Made by a program: the position numbers and the translations under genes. This document shows positions 11,179-20,116 of a stretch of 64,000 nucleotides of DNA, in pieces. The stretch is from Caecitellus pseudoparvulus (Eukaryota > Protista > Bigyra: Bicosoecida), in NCBI GenBank assembly GCA_965644315.1, contig CBFFRQ010000198.1, forward strand, positions 448 to 64,447. The letters run 5' to 3'. Position 1 is the first letter of the stretch. Every line of letters begins with the position of its first letter. The notes beneath the pieces were generated by a model. That model was given only the letters and a program-made list of their open reading frames with translations, was not told the DNA's origin and made no database searches.

Positions 11179-13060
11179 ATGTCTCAATATAGAAAAAGTT
11201 AAAGTTAATGGACAGCCCGAATCGTCCAACCTCAAGCTCAAGATATGCCGTAAATGAAGGAGCAGTAAGTATCTACGTCAATACATCCAATTTCCAGGCT
11301 GCCACTGCTTCTAGTTCTTCACGTGCTTCTTGCAATATTACTGCACCTAATCAGCAATACGTTTATGGACCGTAATCTTGCCAGTAAGTGTTGATATTAT
11401 GCGGTAAAATTACTGCTACAATTACCACTAAAGATGGTAATCCCGCAGCCTTTCCAGTAGGATACCCAGGAAAACCCAGGTTTAACAGGACTGCCAGTTT
11501 TTACCCCCGGTGATTCTATCGCCCCCGCTGCTTATCCTTTCCAATCTTGTATGAGCACCACCACCGCAAACTATTAATAATTCCACAGTCTTCCGTGAAT
11601 TCTTCAAGATGTAATTTATGAAATTCTTAAAATGTCAGCTTCTAAAAGATAATCATAAAAGCAAGAACAACACCTTCAATGCTTGATAAATACGTCTCAT
11701 TATAATGACAGCACGCACACTTTCTAACAGTCAGTATTGAAAGGATATCAAGACAGCTTTAAATAATGATAATGTGCCAAATGGTGCTTTTCAAGGTTTT
11801 CAATGGGTTAAAGAAAATGGAGAACCTGCCGTAGCTGCTGATTATCAATGGCAAACACAAACAGGAACCGCCGTTTCTTGGAGTCAAACCGTATATTTTA
11901 AACTAACCGTCACGGAAAACTTAATTTTAAGTCCTTTCATTTTTAATGAATCTCAAGAAGATAACGTAGGCTTATACGGTTTAAATAACATTAAATTAAT
12001 GTTTAATGTTGGCGATGTTTCAAGAATGCTAAGATATACCACAAACCATAATTTATTAAATGATTGGAATTTCTCATATTCTCCCGTAAGCTTAAACGGT
12101 CAAGAACCTTTTAAAAATGCCGTTATTAATTGCACTTTTAGAACACCAAGTTTAAGTCTACCTTTACCAACTCGATCTATCGTGCCTTATATGGAATATC
12201 CCCGCTATATTACTACTACCGGGGCTAATATTGCTGATGGTTCAAGTGCTTCACTAACAAGCCAAACCATAACACTTTCTCAAATTCCTGATTTACTCTT
12301 AATTTATGCTAAACCTAATTTATCAGGTAATAACACATTAGGCGACCATTATTTACCCGTTAAAAAAATTTCTATGAATTTTATGAATGTAGCCGGTATT
12401 TTATCAAGTCATACCAAAGAGCAATTATTCCACATTTCACAAAATAACGGCTTAGATATGGACTGGAACGAATACTGCGGCGAAGCCTGGACCGACCAAA
12501 TCGCAACCGCAACTACTGGCGGTATTCCTGCTTCTAATGGTAAAGTTTCATTATGTGGTGGCTTCCTCGTTTTACGTCCTGGGGTTGACTTTGCTTTACC
12601 TGCTGGAGTTGCTAGTGGTTGTGGCGGAAATTTCAACCTTCAATATACCGTTGAAGTAGAAAATAAAAGCGGTCGTGCCGTTCAATCTCCTACATTATAC
12701 ACAATGGCTGTTAATAGTGGTTTCTTTGTTTCTGAAAACGGGCAATCAGCAATTACAACCGCTCCATTAAACGAACAAGACGTAATCCAAGCACCTATTG
12801 AAGGCGACACAATGTCATTAAAACGATATGTTGGCGGTAGTTTCTGGGATAAAGTAAACTCAGGATTAAAAAAAATAACAAATCATGAAGCTTATAAAAT
12901 GGCTTCTAAACTTGGAAAATCTGCTTTACGTGATGTAGGTATGGAAGGAAAAGTAGCAGCCGACGTTTTAGATAAATTGGGATTAGGTGTAAATACAGGA
13001 GGTGGAAAAACTACAGGTGGAAGAAGACGAAAAAATAACCTTCAAAATTTATTAAGTTAA
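11179..13060 (+). CDS. Virophage major capsid protein (double jelly-roll); 5' third frameshifted
   Basis: ATG 11179 with IEKVKV...RIVQ...YAVNEGA in shifting frames. Clean ORF 11774..13060 with TENLILSPF, SQTITLSQIPDLLLIY, YVGG-SFW and a basic Gly-rich tail. Confidence 0.93.
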
Positions 13061-13069
13061 ATAATTTAA

Positions 13070-13099
13070 TTTATTGTTTAAGAAATATTAAATAATAAA
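13070..13099 (+). terminator. 3' hairpin after MCP
   Basis: TTTATTGTTTAA / TTAAATAATAAA, 12-bp stem with one G-U pair. Confidence 0.55.
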
Positions 13100-13126
13100 A
13101 AAAATAATATATATTATATTAATAAC

Positions 13127-15028
13127 ATGTATAATAACGCAAAATATCAATATGAAATGAATAAATTAGAAGTGTATAGCGAACCTGAAACAAATGCAAA
13201 CGTTGCGAGATTAAAAGAAGCCACTAATTATTTTTCAACTGCGGGGACTGCTTACGGAACTCAAGACACTATAAACGCAAACACCAATTTTAAAGCTATG
13301 TTCTTTACACAACCTCTAAAAGATGTTTTAAAAGCTCCAGACGATAGGGGGTCATATTCACGATTAAGCTTAAATTATTATTGCGAAATTGAAACAACAC
13401 TAAACGAACAATTAAATTTAAATGTCAGGTTAGATTATTACGATAAAGACGAAAATTATATTTCCTCTAGCAATGAAGCCGATATTTTAAACACAGACCA
13501 TTTAATAGATATTCAAATAGTAGGGGACGCCTTACAATTTCCAGCGAATACAAAATATATTTATTTGGCAGCTAAAAATAACGCAAATTTTAACACTACA
13601 TTTAAATTTAAACATGCAACGGCTAAAACTTCAACCGCTCAAGAAGTATTATTAGCAGACCCGCCCACTAATTCAAATCGTTTATTTGTGATACTCGGTA
13701 ACTCGACGCAAGGCACTCCTGCTCCAATACCCCCATCTAATCCATCATATGAAACCGTCACCCTTGATAAAGCCTCTAACCCTTCTTTAATCTTTGATAA
13801 TGGTTCATCAACAATGGATTTAACATATAATAGCGATGATGAATTAAATATTAACGGAAATTTAGGATTTGGAGGGACTGAAGTTTTACTAAATCAAGAC
13901 GATAATAATAAAATTTTAACTTTATCAGCTAAAAACGCCTCAACCGCTCAATTTAGAATTGGAAACGACCCAAATAAACAATTAACTTATTTTTATGAAA
14001 CAGGGGCAATTTATCTGAGTCCTAGTTGTCGTATTTTTCAAACTGATACCGCTTTTAATGATGATTGTTTAACCAATAAAAAATATGTTGATGATGAAAT
14101 AACTAATAATTGTGTCCAACTTACAGGAAATCAAAGCATAGCAGGAAATAAGACATTTTCAGGAATTACAAGCATAGAAGCTTTGCTAGATATGAATAAT
14201 AATAAAATTGAAAATGTAGCGACCCCAACTATAGGAACTGATGGAGCTAATAAAGCTTATGTTGATAGTGTGGCAGGTGGTAGCAGTTTTAATAATAATA
14301 TTAATTTGAATGGTAATAATATTGAAGATGTAGGAGAGATTCAAGCCGATAAATTAACGTTAATTCGTCCGGATGGTTCTTTGGTTTCATATTGGATAGA
14401 ACAATTAAGCAACGAAACAAGATACGTTAATATGAGTGGTGGTAGCAGTTCAGAACACGCCTTTTATTGTAATAATTCAGGTGGAGCGGTTCAGCGTTTT
14501 TCAGTTTCTAACACAGAACTTAAAACAAATGTTAAATTAGATATGGGCAATAGAAATATTGAATGGTTAAAAGATGCTACAACACAATATCACGCCCCAA
14601 ATTACGGGCAATTATTAGAAAGAACGGCAAAATTTCAAAGTTATAAAATAGCTCTTAATGATGTTTTCACCGCTAACACTTGGAAAACATTTGTTATGGA
14701 TGATGTTATCCCCGTTGAATCATACCAAACAGGAACATATATTTTAAGTGCTACTATAAATTTAGTAATTGATGGACCAGGACAAACAACAGCAGTTGTA
14801 TTTGGTAGAATGACCGTTCCTAATTCTGCTTCAGGTGAGGATAACACAATCGGGCGAATATTTATGGAAGCTGAAGCAGCTAAAAATTACGGACAAATTA
14901 CATTATCTAGAGTTATGACGGTATCTTCGGCGGGTAATTTTCCTATGTGGCATGTGGCAGTCAAAAGTGATATAAATGAAAATATAGACGTTGAAATAAC
15001 ATATAAAATGGATAGAATATCAAATTAA
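13127..15028 (+). CDS. Putative trimeric fibre/spike protein
   Basis: Repeated neck-like motifs DDCLTNKKYVDD, LDMNNNKIENVATPT..TDGANKAYVD and LDMGNRNIEWLKDA...APNYGQL; beta-rich; immediately after MCP. Confidence 0.65.
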   Translation: MYNNAKYQYEMNKLEVYSEPETNANVARLKEATNYFSTAGTAYGTQDTINANTNFKAMFFTQPLKDVLKAPDDRGSYSRLSLNYYCEIETTLNEQLNLNVRLDYYDKDENYISSSNEADILNTDHLIDIQIVGDALQFPANTKYIYLAAKNNANFNTTFKFKHATAKTSTAQEVLLADPPTNSNRLFVILGNSTQGTPAPIPPSNPSYETVTLDKASNPSLIFDNGSSTMDLTYNSDDELNINGNLGFGGTEVLLNQDDNNKILTLSAKNASTAQFRIGNDPNKQLTYFYETGAIYLSPSCRIFQTDTAFNDDCLTNKKYVDDEITNNCVQLTGNQSIAGNKTFSGITSIEALLDMNNNKIENVATPTIGTDGANKAYVDSVAGGSSFNNNINLNGNNIEDVGEIQADKLTLIRPDGSLVSYWIEQLSNETRYVNMSGGSSSEHAFYCNNSGGAVQRFSVSNTELKTNVKLDMGNRNIEWLKDATTQYHAPNYGQLLERTAKFQSYKIALNDVFTANTWKTFVMDDVIPVESYQTGTYILSATINLVIDGPGQTTAVVFGRMTVPNSASGEDNTIGRIFMEAEAAKNYGQITLSRVMTVSSAGNFPMWHVAVKSDINENIDVEITYKMDRISN

Positions 15029-15046
15029 ATTATATATGTTTTTATA

Positions 15047-15319
15047 ATGATTATTGATATTAAAAAAAGTAATAGAAAAAATAAACGTTTCGTCGCTATA
15101 TTTCATGATGGAACTAAAGCACATTTTGGATATAATGGAGGAGAAACATATATAGACCATAAAGACAAAAGAAAACGTGAAAATTACAGAAAAAGACACA
15201 AAAAAGATTTATTAACGTATGACCCTAAAAGACCAGGTTATTTATCATTCTTTTTATTATGGGGTGATGATGATAATTTAAAAGATGCCGTTAAAACATA
15301 TAATGAAATGTTTTTTTAA
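15047..15319 (+). CDS. Small basic viral protein (DUF5754-like)
   Basis: KSNRKNKRF...HFG...YIDHKD..KRENY.KRH...PGYLS..LLWG pattern, known from giant viruses and virophages. Confidence 0.7.
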   Translation: MIIDIKKSNRKNKRFVAIFHDGTKAHFGYNGGETYIDHKDKRKRENYRKRHKKDLLTYDPKRPGYLSFFLLWGDDDNLKDAVKTYNEMFF

Positions 15320-15363
15320 AACAAAAATAATTTATTAAAGACGGCGGATAAAAAATAAAAATC

Positions 15364-15378
15364 TCTAGTATAATATAT
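15364..15378 (+). promoter_or_regulatory. TCTA late-promoter-like motif
   Basis: TCTAGTATAATATAT directly before ATG 15379. Confidence 0.65.
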
Positions 15379-15942
15379 ATGAATTTAGAAAGCGGATTAA
15401 TGCTAGGGGGTGCTTTAGTATCCTTAGGAGTGTAAAGCTCTTATAATTGCTGGAAAAATGGAAGAGCTAAAAAATTTAAGGCGGTCAAATTTGGGGCTGT
15501 TGTTATGAGTTGTAAAACTGGAAAAAGTAGAATGTGTGAAAAATTAAAAGGCAATAATAAAGTGCTTTTAGTCGACGTCGGTGAAAGTGTAGAACGTGAA
15601 AACGGGGTTAATTCAAATGTTAATTATTTAGTAAAAGCTAAAGAATACGTTGATAAATTAAGAAAAGATTTAAAAGACCATTCTTTATTATTGGTTGTTT
15701 CTTCAATTGCTGAGGCTAAATTTTTGGGTTGTGATGATAAAGCCATCGTATGTTTAACCCCCTCTAATGATTTATTTAGAAAAATCACAGAAAATGTCCC
15801 AGCTGCTGAATTAAAAAAAGTTGAAGCCGACAGAATGGATTTAATCAGCAGTTGCGGTCAGGATTTATTAAATATCTTTGATAGTTTTGATAATTTATAT
15901 AATGTTATACGAACCACATTCAAATTATCTAACAAGTTCTAA
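15379..15942 (+). CDS. Small P-loop-like protein with hydrophobic N-terminus; in-frame TAA at 15433
   Basis: ATG 15379 has a TCTAGTATAATATATA leader and is in frame with ORF 15505..15942; VVMSCKTGKS and LLVD are Walker A/B-like. Confidence 0.5.
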
Positions 15943-15947
15943 AAAAA

Positions 15948-15966
15948 AATAATAAGGTTTATTATT
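15948..15966 (+). terminator. Hairpin in convergent intergenic region
   Basis: AATAATAA-GGT-TTATTATT; short and AT-only, so weak evidence by itself. Confidence 0.35.
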
Positions 15967-16069
15967 AAGACGCTCTAAAGGTGTTAAATAAAAAAGTAAA
16001 AAACAAAATAAGAGACAAAATATAAAACCTGATATTAAATATATTTTCATAATGTCTATAAAAATATAT

Positions 16070-16531
16070 TTATATTTTAATCTTTTCAATTGGTTTTAGT
16101 TCTGTTATGGGTATTTCTAAATGAATTTTATTTATACCTCTATCATGCCTACAAATGTTTTTTTTATTGAATGTATTAAATATTTTTGATTTATATTTAA
16201 TATAATATAAACCATCGCTGAAATTAAATAAGAAATAAAAACGTTTATTAGGATGTTCTAATTTAGCAGCTTTTATATGTCTTATCTTTTCAATGTTTAT
16301 TATTGTTGTTGGGTATTTGTTATATGTATTATTTCGGCTCTTCAACTCTATATTATATTTTCCGTCTTTTGTTATAAAGTCAAAATGATTAAAAAAATCA
16401 GTTGTTTTGTAAAATTTGTTTTTGGTTATTTTATTAAGTCTTTTTAATACTTGATGTTCTTTATTAAATCCTTCATCTCTTGATTTTCTTAAACTATTTA
16501 TATATTTTTGAGTCGGTTTTGTAAAATCCAT
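16070..16531 (-). CDS. PD-(D/E)XK-family nuclease
   Basis: E...HFDF...NIELKSR catalytic pattern; FNFSDGLYY; TCTA upstream. Confidence 0.7.
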   Translation of the reverse strand: MDFTKPTQKYINSLRKSRDEGFNKEHQVLKRLNKITKNKFYKTTDFFNHFDFITKDGKYNIELKSRNNTYNKYPTTIINIEKIRHIKAAKLEHPNKRFYFLFNFSDGLYYIKYKSKIFNTFNKKNICRHDRGINKIHLEIPITELKPIEKIKI

Positions 16532-16563
16532 ATTATCATGACTTAGAAAATATATTTAATGAT

Positions 16564-17622
16564 TTATTTTTTCTTAGAGTTTTTTTTATATTTTTTCACT
16601 AAATCAGGAACCTGAGAATTTATGCGTTTGGCTTCTTCGTATGTTTGCTCTTTGTATCCCTTCCATTTTATACGATAATATTTTTTATTCTTAATCTTTT
16701 TCTCTCCTGTTATCTTCTCTACTTCATAGCGTTTATTATCTTCTATTTCTTCTGGTTTATCTTGTTCTTTTGGATTATATAAAAGTTGATTTCGTGTGTA
16801 TCCTGTATTATCTATACCTTCAATAGTATATATTGGCGGTTGTCCTGGTGTAATTAAAACACCTTCTATTTTTCTTAGTTTGTTTTCATATCTAAAATCA
16901 CCCGTTCTAAATAATGTTCCGTGTAATCTTTTACCGTCTATATTTTGTGGATAGTCTAAAATAATTTTTACTAAATCTCCACGTTTCAATATGTCTTTTG
17001 GTATATATGGCATTTTGAAAAATTCTTTAATTCCTATTTTTGGTCGTTTTAATATTATTTCATTATATAATTTCATGATTTGCGGGATAGTTTCTACCCA
17101 TTCTTTATTTTCTTGTTTATGGATGAGTTCAAAATTTTTTTGTTTCAGTGCTATAATACGCCCTAACGTTTTATTTAATGCTTCAACAACTGCTGTTTGC
17201 CTATGTCTTGCAACTCTTGAATTTTTCAACGTCGCATTATCTGAACTCTCAAAATATTTTTTAACATCCCCTTTACATTCTTTGCCATCATCTGTTTTAA
17301 ATATCACGGATGGAGGGTTTAAATATTTTCGTTTCCATATTCTCTTTAACGCTTTCAATACGGTTTTGCTTTCTTTATTTTTTAATGGCTCAGCATCTGC
17401 GGCTTTTGTTGCTACATCTACCACAACTAATAAATATTTATAGCCTTTATCCTCTGGTAAAAATAATAAATCACCTTGTTGAATACTATCTTTAATTAAT
17501 GCTTTATGTTTTGGTATCTCTTCGCCTTTATCTTTCTTTGGAGGTTTGGTTAATGTTGTTAATTCTGATTTTTTAGAATCTTTAAAAATTTTCAATTCTT
17601 CCAAAATCTTATCTGATATCAT
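16564..17622 (-). CDS. Retroviral-type (rve, DDE) integrase with C-terminal chromodomain
   Basis: QGDLL, YLLVVVD, KTDDGKE and VVEALNKTL (D-D-E triad); C-terminal YEVEKI...YYRIKWKGY...TYE chromodomain. ORF is intact. Confidence 0.93.
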   Translation of the reverse strand: MISDKILEELKIFKDSKKSELTTLTKPPKKDKGEEIPKHKALIKDSIQQGDLLFLPEDKGYKYLLVVVDVATKAADAEPLKNKESKTVLKALKRIWKRKYLNPPSVIFKTDDGKECKGDVKKYFESSDNATLKNSRVARHRQTAVVEALNKTLGRIIALKQKNFELIHKQENKEWVETIPQIMKLYNEIILKRPKIGIKEFFKMPYIPKDILKRGDLVKIILDYPQNIDGKRLHGTLFRTGDFRYENKLRKIEGVLITPGQPPIYTIEGIDNTGYTRNQLLYNPKEQDKPEEIEDNKRYEVEKITGEKKIKNKKYYRIKWKGYKEQTYEEAKRINSQVPDLVKKYKKNSKKK

Positions 17623-17636
17623 TAATAATATATAGA
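17623..17636 (-). promoter_or_regulatory. TCTA late-promoter-like motif upstream of integrase
   Basis: TAGA at 17633-17636 on + strand (TCTA on -), 10 nt before the integrase ATG. Confidence 0.65.
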
Positions 17637-17650
17637 TTAATATATTATTA
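17623..17650 (-). terminator. 3' hairpin after 17656..18207 gene
   Basis: TAATAATATA / TATATTATTA, 10-bp perfect stem. Confidence 0.5.
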
Positions 17651-17655
17651 GTAAT

Positions 17656-18207
17656 TTAAAATTTATGGTCTGGGTATTCCTCTTTTAAGTATTTAATTAA
17701 ATCTTCTTTTGTTTCATATCTGGTATAAAATCCATTGTTCTTAATTCTGGTTATCATTTTAATAAAAAACTCATCTTTTAATAATTCTTTTAATTCATAT
17801 GATACCGTTTTTATATTTTTTGGTAGCTTGGGTAATATCTGAGATTTTAAAATATAATGTTGTTGAACGAAAGCCTCCGGGCAGTTTGTCCCTAGTGTAT
17901 CAATAATAAATTGTCTCTTGGATAAATCATCAATATATAAATTTATAACTTCTAATAAATCTATTAATTGTTCGAATGTTTTAATTTTATTTTTAATGTC
18001 TTCTGTTTCTGCTTCAACTTCTAATTTAACTTTTTCTAAATTCTCTAATTTGGTTTCTTTTCTGATTTTTATAGATGGTTCATTAAATATTGAGTAATAA
18101 AAGAAATACGAATAATCCTCAATTTTACAAAATTTATTAATTAATGAGTGATAAGAATTCAACTCCCTCTTATGAATTGTTAATAATGTCTTTAGACTTT
18201 TTGTCAT
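17656..18207 (-). CDS. Hypothetical viral protein
   Basis: 183-aa ORF in AT-rich DNA with TCTA 10 nt upstream and a hairpin just past the stop; no motif recognised. Confidence 0.65.
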   Translation of the reverse strand: MTKSLKTLLTIHKRELNSYHSLINKFCKIEDYSYFFYYSIFNEPSIKIRKETKLENLEKVKLEVEAETEDIKNKIKTFEQLIDLLEVINLYIDDLSKRQFIIDTLGTNCPEAFVQQHYILKSQILPKLPKNIKTVSYELKELLKDEFFIKMITRIKNNGFYTRYETKEDLIKYLKEEYPDHKF

Positions 18208-18362
18208 TATATATACTTAGAATATTTATTTTTTAAATTATTTTTTAGATTTAAATAAATTAGTTTTAAGAAAAAAATAATCTAGAGCTTTTTAATATAT
18301 CAAGATGTAATTTATATAATGTATTAAATCAACGTTGTATCATAAGCCATAATATCCATTCA

Positions 18363-18399
18363 TTTTATAAATATTAATTATCAAATAATATTTATAAAA
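18363..18399 (-). terminator. 3' hairpin after 18392..18928 gene
   Basis: TTTTATAAATATTA / TAATATTTATAAAA, 14-bp perfect stem overlapping the stop. Confidence 0.65.
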
Positions 18400-18928
18400 A
18401 TTCATCTTTTGAGACTGTTTCAAATAATCCTAATCTTTCGGCATTGTCTGGATGATATACAACCGGTATTAATTCATCTAAAACATTTTTATATTTCCTT
18501 TTGTGTTTTTCTTTATGTCTTAGAATTTTTATATATTCTTTTAATGTATTTGAAGACCATTTAAAATGTGGAACTACTGATATTAAATCAGAAAAGAAAC
18601 AATCTTTCTTTTCTATTCCTTCTGCACTCCATTCCTTATCGGGATATTTAAAAATCCAATCAATACTAAAATATTTAAATTTATGAAATATCTTAAAATT
18701 TAAATAACCATCATTATACTTATCTATTAGTTCTATTGTTAATCCTGATTTTTTTATATTCTTAATATCTTCAATTGTTATTTTTGAATTATCAGCCCCT
18801 TTTAATCTTGTAATTTCAATAAATTTCTCTCTTACACATTCTATATTGCCACAACAACTTAATAAAATATCATCTTCTATGTTATTACAGGTTATAATAT
18901 CATAATATAAATTAAAATCAATATTCAT
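18392..18928 (-). CDS. Hypothetical protein with giant-virus-like motifs
   Basis: KYPDKEW and C-terminal DELIPVVYHPD motifs; perfect 14-bp hairpin over the stop codon. Confidence 0.6.
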   Translation of the reverse strand: MNIDFNLYYDIITCNNIEDDILLSCCGNIECVREKFIEITRLKGADNSKITIEDIKNIKKSGLTIELIDKYNDGYLNFKIFHKFKYFSIDWIFKYPDKEWSAEGIEKKDCFFSDLISVVPHFKWSSNTLKEYIKILRHKEKHKRKYKNVLDELIPVVYHPDNAERLGLFETVSKDEFL

Positions 18929-18999
18929 TATAGACCTATATAAAATAAAAATCTTTAAACATTTATATAATATCTTGAAATATATTGTTGATTACTTCT

Positions 19000-19650
19000 T
19001 TATTTGCTTTTTTGTTTGCTTTTTTTGTCTTTATTTGCTTCTCTGTATTTTTTTTGATACTCTATATTCTTTTCTTTATTGACTTCCCTATATGCTTTTA
19101 TTTTGTCTTTATTTGCTTCTCTGTATTTTTTTTGATACTCTATATTCTTTTCTTTGTTGGCTTCCCTGTATTTTTTCATTTTATCTTTGTTTGCTTCCCT
19201 GTATGCTCTTTCTCGTTCTTTAACTTTTTCTTTGTTTGCTTTATTATATTCATTTTGATATTCCTTTTTTTTTTCTTTATTTAGTTCATAATACCGTTTT
19301 TTTTTTTCTTTTATTGTATCTTTATTCGCTTCATAATATGCTTTATACTTTTCTTTATTGGCTTTGTTATATTCTTTCATTGTTCTTCCTGGTATATTTT
19401 TATTTACACATTCCATTTTTTCAATATAATATCGTTCTCTTGCGTGTAATTCCTCTTTACTTTGACACGGGTATTTTTCAATTAAAATAATATCAAAATC
19501 ATCATAATTAGCTAATTCTTTTGACATACAAGAATTTTTATTTATTTTATGTTGATGTTTTCTCTTGGATAATCTCTGAGTTGTTGAACCAATGTAAATT
19601 TTTCCACCTCCTACAAGCTTATATATTTTTCCGTCGTTGTAATTAACCAT
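19000..19650 (-). CDS. GIY-YIG endonuclease with tandem basic helical repeats
   Basis: NYNDGKIYKL...IYIGST, R...H, ELHARERYYI; followed by repeats of the Y(R/Y)EANK(D/E)K type. Confidence 0.88.
   Translation of the reverse strand: MVNYNDGKIYKLVGGGKIYIGSTTQRLSKRKHQHKINKNSCMSKELANYDDFDIILIEKYPCQSKEELHARERYYIEKMECVNKNIPGRTMKEYNKANKEKYKAYYEANKDTIKEKKKRYYELNKEKKKEYQNEYNKANKEKVKERERAYREANKDKMKKYREANKEKNIEYQKKYREANKDKIKAYREVNKEKNIEYQKKYREANKDKKSKQKSK
19023..19155. repeat. 78-bp-period direct repeat inside the GIY-YIG gene
   Basis: 19023-19077 is identical to 19101-19155 (TTTTGTCTTTATTTGCTTCTCTG...TTTTCTTT). Confidence 0.9.
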
Positions 19651-19734
19651 TTTATTAGAATAGTATATACTGTTCTTTTTAAGTCGTTTTTATGTGTTTT
19701 TTATTATATATTCGCACACGCCCCACGCTATGTC

Positions 19735-20116
19735 TGATTTAGTGTTTAAGTGATTTAGTGATTAAGTGTTAAGGGTTATAATGGATTTAGTGTTAAATGA
19801 TATATGAATAAGTGATTTACAATGTATCTTTTTATTTTGTCATTTCGCCTCCTTTGATTGTTTCTAAAATAGGGTAATTGGATGGATGGTTGATTGCTTC
19901 AATTTTGTTTTGACTGATTGTTGATGAAGTGTTAAGAATAGTCTCAGAAAAAATATATATATATATATTTATTATATTTTTTATATTATTTCTATTTATT
20001 GTAGTGATAACCCTTAAGATAACACTTATAAAATAGTAGTAAAAAGTAAGTAAAAAATATATTAAAGGGTTTATAAGTGATTGTTTTTATAGGGATAGTG
20101 TCTAATAAGTGTTATA
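19735..20116. repeat. Subterminal short imperfect repeats (probable TIR interior)
   Basis: TGATTTAGTG(T/A)TTAAG in tandem at 19735 and 19751; related AAGTGTT/AAGGGTT units at ~19783, 19810, 19927, 20063 and 20104, and inverted at ~20008-20028; non-coding. Confidence 0.6.

Noticed and set aside
4970-11770. Introns, programmed frameshifting or an alternative genetic code as the cause of broken ORFs
   Set aside because: Breaks are numerous 1-nt shifts without splice signals or consistent slippery sites, and neighbouring long ORFs read cleanly in the standard code.
18985-19284. Very hydrophobic Phe-rich ORF resembling a membrane protein
   Set aside because: Reverse complement of the Lys/Glu repeats of the GIY-YIG gene.
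19023-19820. CRISPR-like array
   Set aside because: Repeats are either coding tandem duplications or short degenerate units without unique spacers; no cas genes.
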